From the IMG/VR virus record IMGVR_UViG_3300033141_004289, positions 32,001-96,000 of that record: a stretch of DNA of 64,000 nt; one strand, 5' to 3'. Both the position numbers and the translations under genes were made by a program. Source of the DNA: a virus. Shown here piece by piece: positions 27,424 through 39,233 of the stretch (within the stretch, counting starts at the first letter, position 1; every line of letters begins with the position of its first letter). The notes under the pieces were generated by a model that saw only the letters and a program-made list of their open reading frames with translations, ran no database searches and was not told where the DNA came from.

Positions 27424-28929
27424 ATGGCCTTAATTTTTACTGACAACCAGATTAAATCATTAACAAAGGACACACTAGACCTTCCTTTAATTATTGATAA
27501 TCCAAGTGAGGGAACTGGTTTAATCCAACAACAAGCAGCTATTCAAGTAGCTAAAGATGAAATTTATATTGTTGACCAACAGAATAAGGTTTTTAGCAAT
27601 CATTGGATTGATGTTATATCCAAATACCATACCGAACTTGAAAGGCTAAATAAGACAGTTAAATCACTTTATAGCGAGGTTATTTTAGACGATGGGGCAA
27701 GAGGCTTACCAGATCATTATACCCCTACATGGCCTAATCTTGTTCCAATAGTTGTTGATCAAAATAATGGATCACCAACTTCTGTTAGTGGAGTACAATC
27801 TGAAACTGAAAGAATTGCTACACTTGAGTCCTCAATTGACAAGTTAATCAATGGATTTACAGGAACTGGTTCAGTTGATGATGTATTAGATGACCCATAC
27901 ACCATTGGTGACGGTTTTTTATCTACATCAGCTACTTTAACTTCTGGTGATTTAGTTATTGTAGATAGTGGTGGCTCATCAATGTTGGTATTAATTGGAG
28001 CAGCTGGTGGTTTTTGTACTCCAACTGCTACCCCCGATACAGAGGCCCAATGTACTATTGAAGGTGGTGCATGGACTAGTACAACTTCTATTATTATACT
28101 CTCAACGGATAAAAATTTTGGTGCTGGTGCTAGAATTAGAAACTTTCATAGTGGATTTACAAATAGTGAGAGAGGTCATCAAGGTGCGCCCAATTATGCC
28201 TTTGATGTTATGGTTTATTTTGAGGGTGAAATCACCACTAATACTACTGGTTGGAAGATTAATTTAAACGATCAAAAAACAAGTTTAGAAAATAATGACG
28301 ATATTGCGCCAAGAAATGCTTCAAATATACTCGAGTTAGCTGAACTAAATGTAGTAATCCCAGATATTACAATTTGGGAAGGGATTGTAATTGTTGACCC
28401 AAATGGAAAATTCACTGATGCATCTTTAGTTTTATATATTTCAGATAATGTTGTAACTAGGAATTTTACTGTTCCATTAAGAATTGGTGAAATAAATATT
28501 AATTTAGGAAGTGTTGTTCAAGCTGGTGACGGTAGTGTAGTTGAGTCTGGTGTTTATGGGGATTTATGGAAATTTGTTTTAATTAGAATTTCTAAATCAG
28601 GTGGTTCATTAACTGGTTATTATGGAATGGATTTAGGGATAATTCATTTTGATACAAAAATTGCTAATGCAAATAGTCAATTAGAGCAATATGAGAATAC
28701 TTTTGCAATCACACTAATTATAGAAGATACTATAGTTGGTCAAATATCTTTCGAGGTAGAATCAGTAGTTGATTTTTCAATAGGTCAAACTGTTAAAGTT
28801 ATGGATAACGAATCAGTGGTTTATACTCGTATTATTAATAACATTCTCGGTTCTGATATAATTTTAGATAGTGGCATACCCTCAATATTAACTACTGGAA
28901 ACCAAGCTAGAATTGTGAGGCAGAAATAA
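27424..28929 (+). CDS. baseplate-region structural protein
   Basis: 501 aa between spike and gp25-like gene. Confidence 0.5.
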   Translation: MALIFTDNQIKSLTKDTLDLPLIIDNPSEGTGLIQQQAAIQVAKDEIYIVDQQNKVFSNHWIDVISKYHTELERLNKTVKSLYSEVILDDGARGLPDHYTPTWPNLVPIVVDQNNGSPTSVSGVQSETERIATLESSIDKLINGFTGTGSVDDVLDDPYTIGDGFLSTSATLTSGDLVIVDSGGSSMLVLIGAAGGFCTPTATPDTEAQCTIEGGAWTSTTSIIILSTDKNFGAGARIRNFHSGFTNSERGHQGAPNYAFDVMVYFEGEITTNTTGWKINLNDQKTSLENNDDIAPRNASNILELAELNVVIPDITIWEGIVIVDPNGKFTDASLVLYISDNVVTRNFTVPLRIGEININLGSVVQAGDGSVVESGVYGDLWKFVLIRISKSGGSLTGYYGMDLGIIHFDTKIANANSQLEQYENTFAITLIIEDTIVGQISFEVESVVDFSIGQTVKVMDNESVVYTRIINNILGSDIILDSGIPSILTTGNQARIVRQK

Positions 28930-29297
28930 TGTTCTATAAAGATGTAAATTCAATTACCTCTACAAACAGACCAGATGTAACAGATGTTGATGCTATCACT
29001 CAGGCCCTATTGAATTTAATTAGAACAAGAAAAGGTGAAAGACCATTTAATAATGATTTTGGATTAGATATTGAAGATAGATTATTTGATTTAATGGATG
29101 ATGGTACAAAATTAGAAATACTAACTGAAATTTTTGATGCAGTTAGTAGATATGAGCCAAGAGTTGAATTAAGTAGATCAAGAAGTGATATAGAATTTGA
29201 TGAAGAAAATAATAAAATTGAGATTACATTAGTTTTCTCAATACTTGGTTTTGAAGATGATAAATTATTCGAAGTAACTACTAGCCTTGAGAGATAA
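28929..29297 (+). CDS. baseplate wedge subunit (gp25/gpW-like)
   Basis: TRKGERPFNNDFG, YEPRV. Confidence 0.9.
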   Translation: MFYKDVNSITSTNRPDVTDVDAITQALLNLIRTRKGERPFNNDFGLDIEDRLFDLMDDGTKLEILTEIFDAVSRYEPRVELSRSRSDIEFDEENNKIEITLVFSILGFEDDKLFEVTTSLER

Positions 29298-29299
29298 TA

Positions 29300-31528
29300 A
29301 TGGGTGAATTCATAATTGACGTAAATTCAGTAAATAATGTAGCAATTAGAAGTGATCTTGAAGCCTTTATTGCTTCCAGACCAGATGCCGATAAATGGAG
29401 TCAATTTTTCCAATCTTCAAGTGGTCAAATAACAGTTGATTTAATTGCAGCATTTACAGCTTTTTTAAAATATGACAGCATCTCGTCACGAAGAGAAAAC
29501 TATCTTCCTTATGCTCAAACTCGTGGAGGTATAGTAGCTGGTGCACAGCAATTAGGTTATTCCGTAAATCGAGGTAGAAATGCAATTATTGAAATCACTT
29601 TTACTCCTCTTAATTCTGGTGTGTATCCTCAGTGGTATGTATTAGGTTCAGTAAATGGATATGGACTTGTATTATTAGATGAAACTGTTTATAACGCTGG
29701 TGTTTCTGTAACTGTTTCGTGTGTAGTAGGGGATATTTTAGACCAGACTATTCAAGCAACAACAGATAGTAGTGCAACTTTTAGATTTACAGAAAAAAGA
29801 GTTTCAGAAGATGTTCGTATTTATATTGGCGCCACACTAGTTAGTCACTCCTCAGATATACTTGATCTACTAATTGATAAATTTTTTATTCAAAGCAATG
29901 CTGTTGGTTCAGTTGATGCTAAATTTTTAAATCAGTCATCAGCTTCTTTAAGATATAATAATGGCGATAATATTAAACTTGAATGGATTGAATTAAAGGA
30001 TATTTCATTTACTGAAAGCTCTGTTTTATTAGATGAAACAGAAGGAACTTTAACTGCAATTACCATAACAGATTTATTTCAATCCTTTGAAACAAATGAA
30101 AGTGTTAAAGTTAATGCCCCATTACAAAATGAAACAAAATTTACTATTCGTGGTAGAAATGATTATAGCAAAATATTGCTTTTAGCTGACCCTGACTTTA
30201 TTGCTGCTGGTGGAAGAGATACTGCAATTGCTGCTATAGTCGAAATTTTTGCAATTAGAAATGATTTATCTATTTTAACAGCAGTTGAAAAACAAGCATT
30301 GCTAGATTCTATTTTTGCTAATAGGCCATTTGGTGTTCAGCCACCAATTATTATTGACCCCATTATGAATTTTTTAGAAGTTGCGGTTAATTTATATTTA
30401 GAATCTGGTGTTGTTGGTGACCCAAATGCAGAAGTTAGAGCAATTTTAGAAACTTATGAAAAGAAGTTATCTACACCAGAAGAAATTCAAACAATAGATT
30501 TTATAGAAATTGAAAAATTAATGACTGCTTCTGATCTAATTAGAATATCTAGAATTGTTGTTAAATATAGTACATGGATTGGAAGTAGTGTTTATAGAAG
30601 AGGCCTCCATGTTGAACCAACTGTACCAAATACCTTTATTTATGAAGCACTTGGATTTGTAAGATATTCTGGTTCTGTAGAACCAATATGGCCTGATCCA
30701 ATTCCATTAGTTTTACCTTTAGTTGGTTTTGAATACGGCCAACAGGTTACAGATAATGAATTAATTTGGGAATCCATTCAAGAAGCTCCTACACTTGACC
30801 CATGGGAAGCTGATAAAGTTTATCGTGTCGGTGATGAAGTTAGACATACTGGATTTGTTGGTAATGACCCAGAAGCATCTTTTAGACTAGTACGGGTTTT
30901 ACATAGGTCTGGTGAATCAACAATAGCTCTAGGTGCTTCAAAAATAGATCAAACTGTAACTTATACAGCAGATGTTCTTGGAGCAATTGGAAATGGAATC
31001 TCATTAGTTTTTGATGGGATTGATGATTTAGATACCGTAACAGGTGCTTGGAATTTATCCAACCCCGCAAATACAGTATCCTTTGCTGGTCAATTAGGAA
31101 CCTTTGTTCCAACAATTATTACAGTGACTTTAGAAGGTGGGTTAGATGCCTATGATGCCGAACCAGTATGGCCTATCCCTGCAAGTCTTTTAGGGCCAGA
31201 TGAGAGATCATTTGTTGATGATAATCAAATATTATGGTTAATGATTGAAAAGAGTGGAACACCTTCTGCTTGGAGTAGTAATACACTTTATGAAAATGGT
31301 GATACAGTTATTCCAACTATTGTAGATTCAGGCCAAGTTAATATTATGTTTCAGATGGTTGCTTTTATCGGAAAATCGGGCAACAGTGGGCCAATTTTTC
31401 CAATATCATTCGGTGAGACAGTAATTGATGGTCATGTTGAATGGGTTACAAGGACAAAAACCGATAGTCCTGAAAGTCCTTTATCGAATGAATATTATTT
31501 AATTAGTGAAGACATAACAGTAAGTTAG
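29300..31528 (+). CDS. baseplate wedge protein (gp6/gpJ-like) with C-terminal W-x4-Y-x2-GD repeats
   Basis: YAQTR...AQQLGY; WEADKVYRVGDEV, WSSNTLYENGDTV repeats. Confidence 0.75.
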   Translation: MGEFIIDVNSVNNVAIRSDLEAFIASRPDADKWSQFFQSSSGQITVDLIAAFTAFLKYDSISSRRENYLPYAQTRGGIVAGAQQLGYSVNRGRNAIIEITFTPLNSGVYPQWYVLGSVNGYGLVLLDETVYNAGVSVTVSCVVGDILDQTIQATTDSSATFRFTEKRVSEDVRIYIGATLVSHSSDILDLLIDKFFIQSNAVGSVDAKFLNQSSASLRYNNGDNIKLEWIELKDISFTESSVLLDETEGTLTAITITDLFQSFETNESVKVNAPLQNETKFTIRGRNDYSKILLLADPDFIAAGGRDTAIAAIVEIFAIRNDLSILTAVEKQALLDSIFANRPFGVQPPIIIDPIMNFLEVAVNLYLESGVVGDPNAEVRAILETYEKKLSTPEEIQTIDFIEIEKLMTASDLIRISRIVVKYSTWIGSSVYRRGLHVEPTVPNTFIYEALGFVRYSGSVEPIWPDPIPLVLPLVGFEYGQQVTDNELIWESIQEAPTLDPWEADKVYRVGDEVRHTGFVGNDPEASFRLVRVLHRSGESTIALGASKIDQTVTYTADVLGAIGNGISLVFDGIDDLDTVTGAWNLSNPANTVSFAGQLGTFVPTIITVTLEGGLDAYDAEPVWPIPASLLGPDERSFVDDNQILWLMIEKSGTPSAWSSNTLYENGDTVIPTIVDSGQVNIMFQMVAFIGKSGNSGPIFPISFGETVIDGHVEWVTRTKTDSPESPLSNEYYLISEDITVS

Positions 31529-31536
31529 GAAATTTA

Positions 31537-32130
31537 ATGAGTACATTAGATAGTTCAATTCAGTTAATTGCAGAAAAGCTTAGAAGTGATGAGTTTTTCA
31601 TTAAATTTGCTGAATTATTAGATAATGAAAAAGCTAATTATGATGTTGATTTTAGTGATGTAAAGTATAAATTACTTGACCCTACTCAATTAAGAGAAGA
31701 TGCAATTAAAGAAATAATTGATGAATTAGGCTTTAATTATATTAGAAACTTAATGGATACCCTTACAAATATCGAATTTAATGTTTTGATAGATTTCATT
31801 TCTCTGTTAAACTTATTGAAAGGGTCAAGAGAAGGTTTAGAAGTTGTTTTAAAGTTACTTGGTTTTGACTCTGTAATCACTGAATGGTGGGAAGCGTCAC
31901 CCCAGAAAGAACCATTAACCTTTGATATTACAATTATCATGAACACTTCTTTAGTACCTGATTTTTTACTAACATTAGAAAAAGTAAAAATATTTATTCA
32001 ACATTATGTACTGCCTAAGTTAGAATTAATTGATTTTAAATTTATTTTAGATTCTTTCTTAGAGCAAAACCTTAATTTAGCAGGGTTTGTCAGGATGAAA
32101 CATTTCGGTACAATAGTAAATAAATTATAA
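31537..32130 (+). CDS. baseplate wedge protein (gp7/gpI-like)
   Basis: KGSREGLEVVLKLLGFDSVITEWW. Confidence 0.7.
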   Translation: MSTLDSSIQLIAEKLRSDEFFIKFAELLDNEKANYDVDFSDVKYKLLDPTQLREDAIKEIIDELGFNYIRNLMDTLTNIEFNVLIDFISLLNLLKGSREGLEVVLKLLGFDSVITEWWEASPQKEPLTFDITIIMNTSLVPDFLLTLEKVKIFIQHYVLPKLELIDFKFILDSFLEQNLNLAGFVRMKHFGTIVNKL

Positions 32131-32139
32131 GGATTAGAT

Positions 32140-35100
32140 ATGGCAATTTTAGGTGTATTTACTGATTTAGGAATGATAACTGCTCAGGATGCAGCCAATA
32201 ACGAAGGTTTTCATTTAGTACCAGTTAGTTTTGGTGTATCCGATCAAGCTGGTGCTTTAGATTCTAGTAGAACAACTCCAAATGCTGGACTATTTTTTGA
32301 AGCAGCAATTTCTAGTCGTGTAATTATAGATCAAAATAAAATTAAGTTTGTACTAACTATTCCACCTAATCAAATTCCAGCTGGAACTTTTAAGATAATT
32401 CGAGAAATTTATTTAAATATTAATGATGCATTAGGTAATCCGTTTCTATTTGCTATTGGTCAACCAACTGATGAAATTAGATATAATGCTGATGACCAAG
32501 TTACTTTAGACCTCGAAATGTCTATCACTAATTTGGATTTAACCGAACAATTCGTATTTGAGTTCACACAAGCAACGGAAATCTCTGAACACAATCTCGA
32601 TCCAAATGCACACACTGATTTAGTCGCTGAACTAAAGAAGCATGGAATTTTTATTCCTGCAGGTGCATATCCATTTGAATATCGTGGCCAACATGTTTCT
32701 AAAAATACTGAATTTGATGGGGTAAAAGCATCTGTACTTTATAATGGAGTAACTTTTTCATCAACTTATAATGGAACAGAAAATAATGGAAAAACATTAA
32801 CATTTGATGGGATATTAACTGCTGATGAAGTTAGAGCTGTTTTTAATGCAGCAAATTATCCAAATACAGTTGAACATGATGGAATAGGAACAGAGGTTCT
32901 TCCAATTGGGACACCAGCTTTAATTGGTGGTTCATATATTGTTGAAGATAATGATGTTGTTTATAAAGATATTGATGGAGTTTATAAACAAGCATTAGCT
33001 GACGGAACTAATAAATCCAGAGTTGCTGGAATAGCTTATAGAGATGATAAGTGTGTTGTTTCCCAAGGTTTAATTGGAATAGATACTGGATTTGCAATTG
33101 GACAAGCAGTTTATTTAAGTGGAACTACTCCCGGAAAATTAGTTGATTTTGATACTAATATTAATATGGGATTAGTATTAGGTGACTATATTTATTTCAT
33201 TGGATTTTCAGGTGATATATCTGCCAATGTAACCCAAGATTTTGATGCTATCGTTACAAATGCCGCTGGTGTTGGGCAATTTTTAACCACCCAAGCAGCA
33301 ATTGATTATGTGCCTAGTGATGGTAGAATTTTAATTAATAAATTAGAAGATTTAAAAAATATTATTGATACAGGTGGAAAGAATCTTTCAATAACATTTA
33401 ACGGCCCTGAAATGGGTTGGAAAAAATTTGATGGTTTATCAAGTCAATTTAGAATTGATTTTGACCAAGTACCTACGCAAGGAACATTCAGGATAGAGTG
33501 GAACTTTCAAGAAACTAATGATTTACCATTTAACGCTACAGCATTGGATGTGCAGGGTGAATTTAATTTACTCAATGGACATAACGGATTTACCGTCACG
33601 GGTGATTTCGTCTCTGGATTCACCTTTACTTCTAATGACCTTGATAATTATGCTTTGCCTACTTTTATTTTTGCCGGATTAAATGAGATTCAAAGATTTG
33701 ATTTTAGTAATATTCCAAATGATGGAACAATTACTTTTAATCATAAAGGTCAGGATACACTTAACTTTCCATGGGATGATTTAGCATCTGATTTAAAGAT
33801 TGCTTTAGAAGCATTATCTACAATTACAACTGTAAATATTACAGGTGAGTTTGCTACTCAATTTTTTCAAATTGAATTTGCTGGTGGCTTTTTAGAAGAT
33901 GGTGTTCAAGAACAAGATATAATGACGGTTATTCAAACTGACCTTGACTTGTTAGGTGCTTCAACCGATATAAACGGAACTACAATTGTTCCAATTGATT
34001 CATCAATTGTTCAAAAAGGAATTAAGCCTGCTTCTAATTTATTTAACGGTACATTACCAATTACCATTACTACTTCCTTGCTGCAAACTGGTGAACAACC
34101 AGGGCCTAACAGAGCGATGGAAATTGACTCAACTAATATTGCATTCTTTGGGATGGGTAAGGTTGAAAATTTTGAAGAAGGATTAGTATTATTAGAGGCC
34201 TCAACTAAAGTAACTATTGAAGCCTATTTTCCAAATACAACAAATCCAATTTTAACATTAGATAAAATTCCGGGAATTGATTATAGTTTTGATGATGTTC
34301 AAGGTTTTGCTAAAGATGTATTTAGCCAACTTAGAATTGTAGAGCATCCAACTAATAAAAAGCGTGTAATAATTACAGGGTCAGACCAAATTTTTGCCTC
34401 AGGAATTACACTAACTCAAGAAATCAGCTCATTAATTTTAAAATTTGAAGGTGCGCAAATTGATTTTAGCACTGGTTCTATTTATGAATCAGATGGACTT
34501 ACAGCACTTGGAACCGATTTTATACCTCCAACAATTGCACCCGATCTTTGGAGATGGTTTTCAGTAAATATTATTCCGAAAGCAGTTGAAACAGATTTAT
34601 CCTTAAAAGGTCAAGTATTAGTATTGCCTGCTGGAACTGATGGGGTATCTAAAGTATTAGCTGAGAAGCCACCGTTTGGAGACAAGCCAATTGGTGCAAT
34701 AGCTATTCAAGGTGCATTAGGCGATAAAGAGAAAACTCAAGTTACTACAATTAAAGATACCTTTAATAATTTAAGAGGTAGAGCTTTTACTCTTTATCAT
34801 CCTCTTGAGTCAGTAGCTTTTTGGGTAACTGACCCATCTTTGGACACTCCATCTATTGAAGCAACTACAGGCGTTGTAGGTGTTGATTTAGACACTTTTA
34901 ATAGTACGAATACTTCTGGTATGAGTGCTAAAATAGTTGTAGCTGCTCCAATTACAATTGATAAAATTCATCTTTTCTTATCAAAAATTGGTAACCCAAC
35001 TGGTTCTGTAGATATTAAAATTCTTGGCGAAAACCTTGGATTACCTGATGTTGGAAATGTAATAGCTACAGGAACGGCCTCAATTCAAATGAGTGCATTA

Positions 35101-37032
35101 CCGACTAATTTCACTGCTCCAATTATTGTTGATCTTGGTGGTGACATTGTAATCCCTGCTGGAAATTATTATATAGATGTAGATGGTACAAACTATGTAT
35201 TTAGTGCTGGAAACTTTTTACAATGGAATAGTGAGGCCGCTGGTGCAGTTGAGATATTCAATCGTGACCCTGCTGGTGCAGTTTGGTTAAGTGATTTAGG
35301 AAATCGTAGAGCTAATTTTGACTTAGTGCATACAGTAAAAGGATATCCAGCAATTGCTTTAGCAGCTGATAGAGAAGTTGAGATATCAACTATCTTAGAA
35401 AATGATTTACAATCTGTAGTTGCTTCTAAGTTTCAGGTGGCAATAGATACGGATATTAGATTTGATGCCGTTGTTTCAACCAACAAAATTGAAGTTGAAA
35501 ATGTAGATTTAGGTGCTGTAACAGATGCCGATATGGGAACCAGTGGATTCTTCAGTGATATATTAGTTCAAGGAACTGACACTGATTTAACTGGAATTGA
35601 AGATTTAGAAAATTTAAATATCCTTCAATTAGGAACTGGCTCTGGTGGAGGCGGTGGTTCTGGTGATGCATCTACAACATTAGGTCGTTTAGAAGATTTA
35701 ATGGACGAAGCATTTTATAGATACCTTACTCCATATATCGCATCTTCAGATCAGGATGTTGGAATAGCAAATACAGATGGTTCGTTTAGCTATGTAACTA
35801 AAACATTTGATTTAGATGCTGGTGAATTTATTGAATCAACTGATTTATTAGATGACGAATTTTTAACAGCTTTAGAAGATATTATTACTGCTCAAGTGGT
35901 TTTAGTTTTACACGAAGATGCTATTGATACAGCACCTGTAGTTGAATTAAGCAGAAATGGTGGAAATGAATATCAAACTGTTACAATGGAAAGAATTTCA
36001 ACTACAGGTGATACCTATGTTGGAACACTTGAATTTGAGGCAGAGGCAGTTAAACAAACTTTATACGAATCTGCTTTAGCAAATAATGATGGAAATGTTG
36101 AATTAAATACTACAACAACTCAAAAAGTTGCTCAGGAATTTACAACTGATAAAACAGAAGTTATTGAAAAAATTTCAGTAGAAGTTAATAAATTTGGTAG
36201 TCCAACAGGATTTTTAAAATTCAATATTTATGATGATCTAGCAGGCGTTCCATTTAATATTTTACAGCAAATCTATATTAATATTGCAGATTTAAGTGCT
36301 GGTATTAGTACATTAGAAATAGAAATTGGAAAAATAGTTAGTGCATCTGGTACTAAATACCATATTGGTTTTGAAACAGACGATGAATATAAGGCCGGTT
36401 TTGTAACTAGTACAACATCTTTATTCATTAGAGTAGAATCTGCTCCATCAATTCCAGTAATGCAAAGAAACAACGGCTCTGTTTGGAGTGCATTAACTAG
36501 TGCAATTAGTTACTTAATTGAAGGAAGAGAATTAGATTTCTCATTAAAATATACTGCTGGAATAGCTTCAAAAATAGTTGGATTCGGTGTTTATTACGGA
36601 TTGGAAAGTGAAAGAGTTGCTAGAACTAAAACTCGTAATGTTTTTGCATTTCACGGAACATCTGATAATCTAAATGAGTTCCAATTAAACTTTAATGCTG
36701 ACCCAGATTTTATTGAAGTAAATGATGTGTATGTTGGACAACAGTTTAAAGTTCCAGCATTTGCCTTAGTAGCTAATAAAGTTGTTTTTCCAGCAGATAC
36801 CTTTGACGGACGAGAAGAAGTTTATTTAGTTATTTCTCAACCATCTGGTGGTGGATTTGATAATTCAGACAAAAATAATCTACTATTAACTGAAAATCAT
36901 CTTGGAAGCCTTGATTCAGCGATAGATAAATCAGTTCAAGGTAGAGGAATAATTTTAGCTCAAGCAGTTAATGCAATTAAAAAAGAAGTTGCTTTAGATG
37001 AGAACGGTTTCATTACAATTTTAAATGTATAG
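32140..37032 (+). CDS. large tail fibre/baseplate-attached protein
   Basis: 1630 aa; N-terminal attachment-type domain, HNLDPNAH motif, duplicated internal domains, Gly linker. Confidence 0.7.
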   Translation: MAILGVFTDLGMITAQDAANNEGFHLVPVSFGVSDQAGALDSSRTTPNAGLFFEAAISSRVIIDQNKIKFVLTIPPNQIPAGTFKIIREIYLNINDALGNPFLFAIGQPTDEIRYNADDQVTLDLEMSITNLDLTEQFVFEFTQATEISEHNLDPNAHTDLVAELKKHGIFIPAGAYPFEYRGQHVSKNTEFDGVKASVLYNGVTFSSTYNGTENNGKTLTFDGILTADEVRAVFNAANYPNTVEHDGIGTEVLPIGTPALIGGSYIVEDNDVVYKDIDGVYKQALADGTNKSRVAGIAYRDDKCVVSQGLIGIDTGFAIGQAVYLSGTTPGKLVDFDTNINMGLVLGDYIYFIGFSGDISANVTQDFDAIVTNAAGVGQFLTTQAAIDYVPSDGRILINKLEDLKNIIDTGGKNLSITFNGPEMGWKKFDGLSSQFRIDFDQVPTQGTFRIEWNFQETNDLPFNATALDVQGEFNLLNGHNGFTVTGDFVSGFTFTSNDLDNYALPTFIFAGLNEIQRFDFSNIPNDGTITFNHKGQDTLNFPWDDLASDLKIALEALSTITTVNITGEFATQFFQIEFAGGFLEDGVQEQDIMTVIQTDLDLLGASTDINGTTIVPIDSSIVQKGIKPASNLFNGTLPITITTSLLQTGEQPGPNRAMEIDSTNIAFFGMGKVENFEEGLVLLEASTKVTIEAYFPNTTNPILTLDKIPGIDYSFDDVQGFAKDVFSQLRIVEHPTNKKRVIITGSDQIFASGITLTQEISSLILKFEGAQIDFSTGSIYESDGLTALGTDFIPPTIAPDLWRWFSVNIIPKAVETDLSLKGQVLVLPAGTDGVSKVLAEKPPFGDKPIGAIAIQGALGDKEKTQVTTIKDTFNNLRGRAFTLYHPLESVAFWVTDPSLDTPSIEATTGVVGVDLDTFNSTNTSGMSAKIVVAAPITIDKIHLFLSKIGNPTGSVDIKILGENLGLPDVGNVIATGTASIQMSALPTNFTAPIIVDLGGDIVIPAGNYYIDVDGTNYVFSAGNFLQWNSEAAGAVEIFNRDPAGAVWLSDLGNRRANFDLVHTVKGYPAIALAADREVEISTILENDLQSVVASKFQVAIDTDIRFDAVVSTNKIEVENVDLGAVTDADMGTSGFFSDILVQGTDTDLTGIEDLENLNILQLGTGSGGGGGSGDASTTLGRLEDLMDEAFYRYLTPYIASSDQDVGIANTDGSFSYVTKTFDLDAGEFIESTDLLDDEFLTALEDIITAQVVLVLHEDAIDTAPVVELSRNGGNEYQTVTMERISTTGDTYVGTLEFEAEAVKQTLYESALANNDGNVELNTTTTQKVAQEFTTDKTEVIEKISVEVNKFGSPTGFLKFNIYDDLAGVPFNILQQIYINIADLSAGISTLEIEIGKIVSASGTKYHIGFETDDEYKAGFVTSTTSLFIRVESAPSIPVMQRNNGSVWSALTSAISYLIEGRELDFSLKYTAGIASKIVGFGVYYGLESERVARTKTRNVFAFHGTSDNLNEFQLNFNADPDFIEVNDVYVGQQFKVPAFALVANKVVFPADTFDGREEVYLVISQPSGGGFDNSDKNNLLLTENHLGSLDSAIDKSVQGRGIILAQAVNAIKKEVALDENGFITILNV

Positions 37033-37040
37033 GAAGAATT

Positions 37041-39230
37041 ATGGCAGTTAGAAAATTAAAATCTCCATTTGATAGCTATGTTGTAGATGTTCCAGAAGTT
37101 GCTCCATACACTCAAATTGTTAATAGAGCACCTGTTAGTAGATCATTTAAAGCAATCATGGGTACTGAACCTATAAAAATTCCGGCAGTTTTTAAAGTTC
37201 CTAATGAGTTTGGGCCAAATGGTGAAACAGTTTGGGAAACTGATGAAGCTGATAGTCGAATAAGATTTGTAGGGGTATGGGAAAATGCATCTACCAGCAA
37301 TGGAACCTGTGTTTATGCGCCCACAGGGGCCAACGGTAGTTTTGCAGAAGTTACTTTTTATGGAACAGGTTTAAATCTTATTGGTTATAGTTCTGCTTTC
37401 GCTAGAACTTGGGATTATTCAGTTGATGGTGCACCTTCTGGAACTATTACGCTAACGACTTCTAATTCTAGCATTTTAGCTGGTAGAAGTTACAACATGA
37501 ATACCATCTTTAGTATTGTTAAAGATTTAGACCTTGGATGGCATACAGTTAAATTAGAACTAACTTCTGGTGATAACCGCGTCTTTGGTTTTGAAATTCT
37601 AAACGAGTCAGATGATATAATTGTTTGTGCTGGAAAAGGTCACGCAAATGGTTATGAAGTCTCAAGTGACGTAGATGTAGTTGTTGGAAAATATAATACA
37701 GAATTTGAAAATGTAGCAGATATTGATGTAGGAACGAAAGGTGGACGTGTAATCGTTTATACTGACCCGATTGATAACACGACCAAAAAAGCATTAACTA
37801 AAGTAGATGCAACTGCGCAATATTTAGTTAATGCAGATCACAGCAATGAAAGCGTCAAGAGAATAATTAATTTTAGAGAGCTTGGACGAAATAGAAGTGA
37901 TGATTTCAGTACGACAGCTAGTAATACATATGGGGCCTTTACTTTAGATGATGGGTCAACAACTTTAGTTGGAAAGTCTATTTCAATTGACACTCAGTTT
38001 GGTGAAGGAATTGCTTTAGCACAGGCCTCCGATAGTTTCTGGACATTAACTTTTTTTGGAGTGGGATTGGATATTATTTCGGTTAACTCTGGGATGCCTA
38101 CGTCCAATGTTAATTTAGACATAGACGGTGTTAGTATCCAGACAAATATTTCAGCGTGGAATATCGAGGGCAAGCAAAACAAAATTTGCTCTGGGCTTCC
38201 TCTAGGGACACACACAGTAAAAATATCGCAACCAGTTGGTGGTGCTGGACTTAGAACTTCTGATTTCATTATTTATCAACCTAAAAAGTCATCCATCCCA
38301 GAAGGTGCAATTATTCATGGTGAATATAATATTTTAGCAGATCGTGTAGTGAATAATATAGTAGGAAGGGATAGCATTTCATCTGGTGTCGTTAGAAAAA
38401 CAAATGATAGAGAAATACTTTACAGTGGAGCATGGTCTATTTCTTCAATTGCAACACATAATTATATCAATGGATTTCATACAGGTAGTAGCACTGTAGG
38501 TGTGTATTATGAGTATGATTTTAGAGGAACAGGAATTGATATAAGGTTTTGGGCAGATTTATCTCAATCAGGGGATTGGAGAGTTACACTAAATGGCATA
38601 CCTGTTACCACAGCAAATTTCCCAACTTTAAGTTTGACAGCTAATGGGCCGGGAATTGGCTACAATTTTACTACAGGTTCTATTGATGCATTAGCGACAG
38701 GAGATGTTGTTGGTGCTTCAGTAACATTTAGTAACTTACCTCTCGCTACTTATAAATTAAGAGTAACTAACAATGCTGCTGGAAATATAAACCTTAATGC
38801 ACTCGACATCATTACTCCAATTTATAATATGGATACTTATGATGGAAGTATGGGGATAAAAGATTCTAGAAATTTTAATCCATTAAAAACCATTAACAAG
38901 CGAACAAATAGAGAGTTTGAGTCATTTGTTTATTGTGACGAATTAAGTTCAAAATATATTTTGAAATCAAAAAATATTTCCCAAATTCTAAACACAGCAA
39001 CTGGACGAAATGCCGTTTATTTTAAAAGAGTGTACGTTGATAGAGAGATTGCAATGACCAGTGGCGGTAAGTCAGATGGAAATATAGCTATGCAGATAGC
39101 TGGTGCAACTACTTTTAAAGAAAAACACATGGCATTGGTTATGTCTTATAATGGTAGTGGTGCTTTACAGGCATTTGCTTGGTCGCTTAATGCTAAAGCT
39201 GAACTTGAACAAGATTTTTTAGAGGAATAA
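37041..39230 (+). CDS. fibre/receptor-binding protein with three beta-sandwich repeats
   Basis: FYGTGL..LGWHTVK, FFGVGL..LGTHTVK, FRGTGI..LATYKLR. Confidence 0.55.
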   Translation: MAVRKLKSPFDSYVVDVPEVAPYTQIVNRAPVSRSFKAIMGTEPIKIPAVFKVPNEFGPNGETVWETDEADSRIRFVGVWENASTSNGTCVYAPTGANGSFAEVTFYGTGLNLIGYSSAFARTWDYSVDGAPSGTITLTTSNSSILAGRSYNMNTIFSIVKDLDLGWHTVKLELTSGDNRVFGFEILNESDDIIVCAGKGHANGYEVSSDVDVVVGKYNTEFENVADIDVGTKGGRVIVYTDPIDNTTKKALTKVDATAQYLVNADHSNESVKRIINFRELGRNRSDDFSTTASNTYGAFTLDDGSTTLVGKSISIDTQFGEGIALAQASDSFWTLTFFGVGLDIISVNSGMPTSNVNLDIDGVSIQTNISAWNIEGKQNKICSGLPLGTHTVKISQPVGGAGLRTSDFIIYQPKKSSIPEGAIIHGEYNILADRVVNNIVGRDSISSGVVRKTNDREILYSGAWSISSIATHNYINGFHTGSSTVGVYYEYDFRGTGIDIRFWADLSQSGDWRVTLNGIPVTTANFPTLSLTANGPGIGYNFTTGSIDALATGDVVGASVTFSNLPLATYKLRVTNNAAGNINLNALDIITPIYNMDTYDGSMGIKDSRNFNPLKTINKRTNREFESFVYCDELSSKYILKSKNISQILNTATGRNAVYFKRVYVDREIAMTSGGKSDGNIAMQIAGATTFKEKHMALVMSYNGSGALQAFAWSLNAKAELEQDFLEE

Positions 39231-39233
39231 ATT